A program made the translations under genes and the position numbers. 64,000 bases of DNA, taken from assembly GCA_037190965.1 (NCBI GenBank), contig JBBCKI010000004.1, positions 1 through 64,000 of the forward strand. Reading direction: 5' to 3'. Shown here piece after piece: positions 63,532 to 64,000 of this stretch. The DNA is from Chthoniobacteraceae bacterium. Lineage in GTDB: Bacteria; Verrucomicrobiota; Verrucomicrobiia; Chthoniobacterales; Chthoniobacteraceae. Under the pieces are notes generated by a model. That model saw only the letters and a list, made by a program, of their open reading frames with translations, made no database searches and was not told the DNA's origin. Numbering within the stretch: the first letter of the stretch is position 1; every line of letters starts with the position of its first letter.

Positions 63532-64000
63532 CCCGCCTGCCTACCATTTCGACATCGAGGAACAGGGCTTTCACGCTTGTGGAGTTGCTGGTCTCCCTGA
63601 CCGTGATGGTACTGCTCGCTGTCATTCTCGTTGGAATTCTCGATTCTGCCTCGCGCATCACCCAACAGACCCGAAATTCCATCGAATCGTTTCAAGCCGC
63701 ACGCGCGGCGTTTGAAACCATCACCAGCCGTCTGGCTCAAGCGACCCTCAACACCTACTATAGCTACGACGATCTGGCCAACCCCACTCTTTACCGCCGC
63801 CAATCCGAACTGCACTTTTTGACGGGCCAGGCGAAGGATATTTTGCCTTCCGACGTTTTGCAGAACCAACGTTTCGGACACGCCATTTTCTTCCAATACC
63901 CAGGTGGCTTCAACCCGGACCTGACGGGCCCTCTCCGCGAGTTGTTGAACGGATGTGGCTATTTCATCTCTTTCTGCAAGGAAGATGATGAGCGCCTTGG
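63528..64000 (+). CDS. vccC: Verru_Chthon cassette protein C (partial, runs off the window; not in the ORF track)
   Basis: ATGA overlap with vccB; manual translation MTRLPTISTSRNRA|FTLVELLVSL...FQAARAAFETITSRLAQATLNTY...YRRQSELHF...HAIFFQ.P...LLNGCGYF. Confidence 0.88.
   Translation, partial: MTRLPTISTSRNRAFTLVELLVSLTVMVLLAVILVGILDSASRITQQTRNSIESFQAARAAFETITSRLAQATLNTYYSYDDLANPTLYRRQSELHFLTGQAKDILPSDVLQNQRFGHAIFFQYPGGFNPDLTGPLRELLNGCGYFISFCKEDDERL

Overview
Chromosomal accessory region of a GC-rich bacterium, most likely Verrucomicrobiota (Chthoniobacterales/Terrimicrobium-like). The evidence is three PEP-CTERM proteins, a prepilin/H-X9-DG protein and a Verru_Chthon (Vcc) cassette. About 43 CDS; no rRNA, tRNA or CRISPR was seen. 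Bases 363-5363 hold an XRE-cupin-regulated short-chain acyl-CoA operon (3-hydroxyacyl-CoA dehydrogenase, FabG-like SDR, thiolase, CoA-transferase). The rest is a chain of regulator-linked glycan/sugar utilisation modules: 4 AraC, 2 GntR-HTH/sugar-binding regulators, 1 LytS/LytTR pair, 4 Gfo/Idh/MocA oxidoreductases, 3 xylose-isomerase-like TIM barrels, 2 SGNH esterases, and GH78, BNR/sialidase-like, heparinase II/III-like and GH42-like proteins. Most notable: (i) two paralogous ABC importers in which the binding protein is fused to the MalF-type permease and the MalG-type permease carries a large insert of GH42-like LNxxWGT repeats; (ii) shared upstream motifs that appear to tie pilin-like genes (H-X9-DG pilin, vccABC) and PEP-CTERM proteins into the same regulons as the glycan enzymes, suggesting a SusC/D-free, pilin-associated glycan foraging system; (iii) a decayed HUH rolling-circle Rep-like frame and an XRE remnant not recoverable from the ORF track; (iv) CTAG-targeting MITEs on stop codons, REP-like repeats, and an element inserted into a REP hairpin loop. 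All protein calls come from motif recognition by eye, not database searches, and several start codons were re-chosen by judgement.
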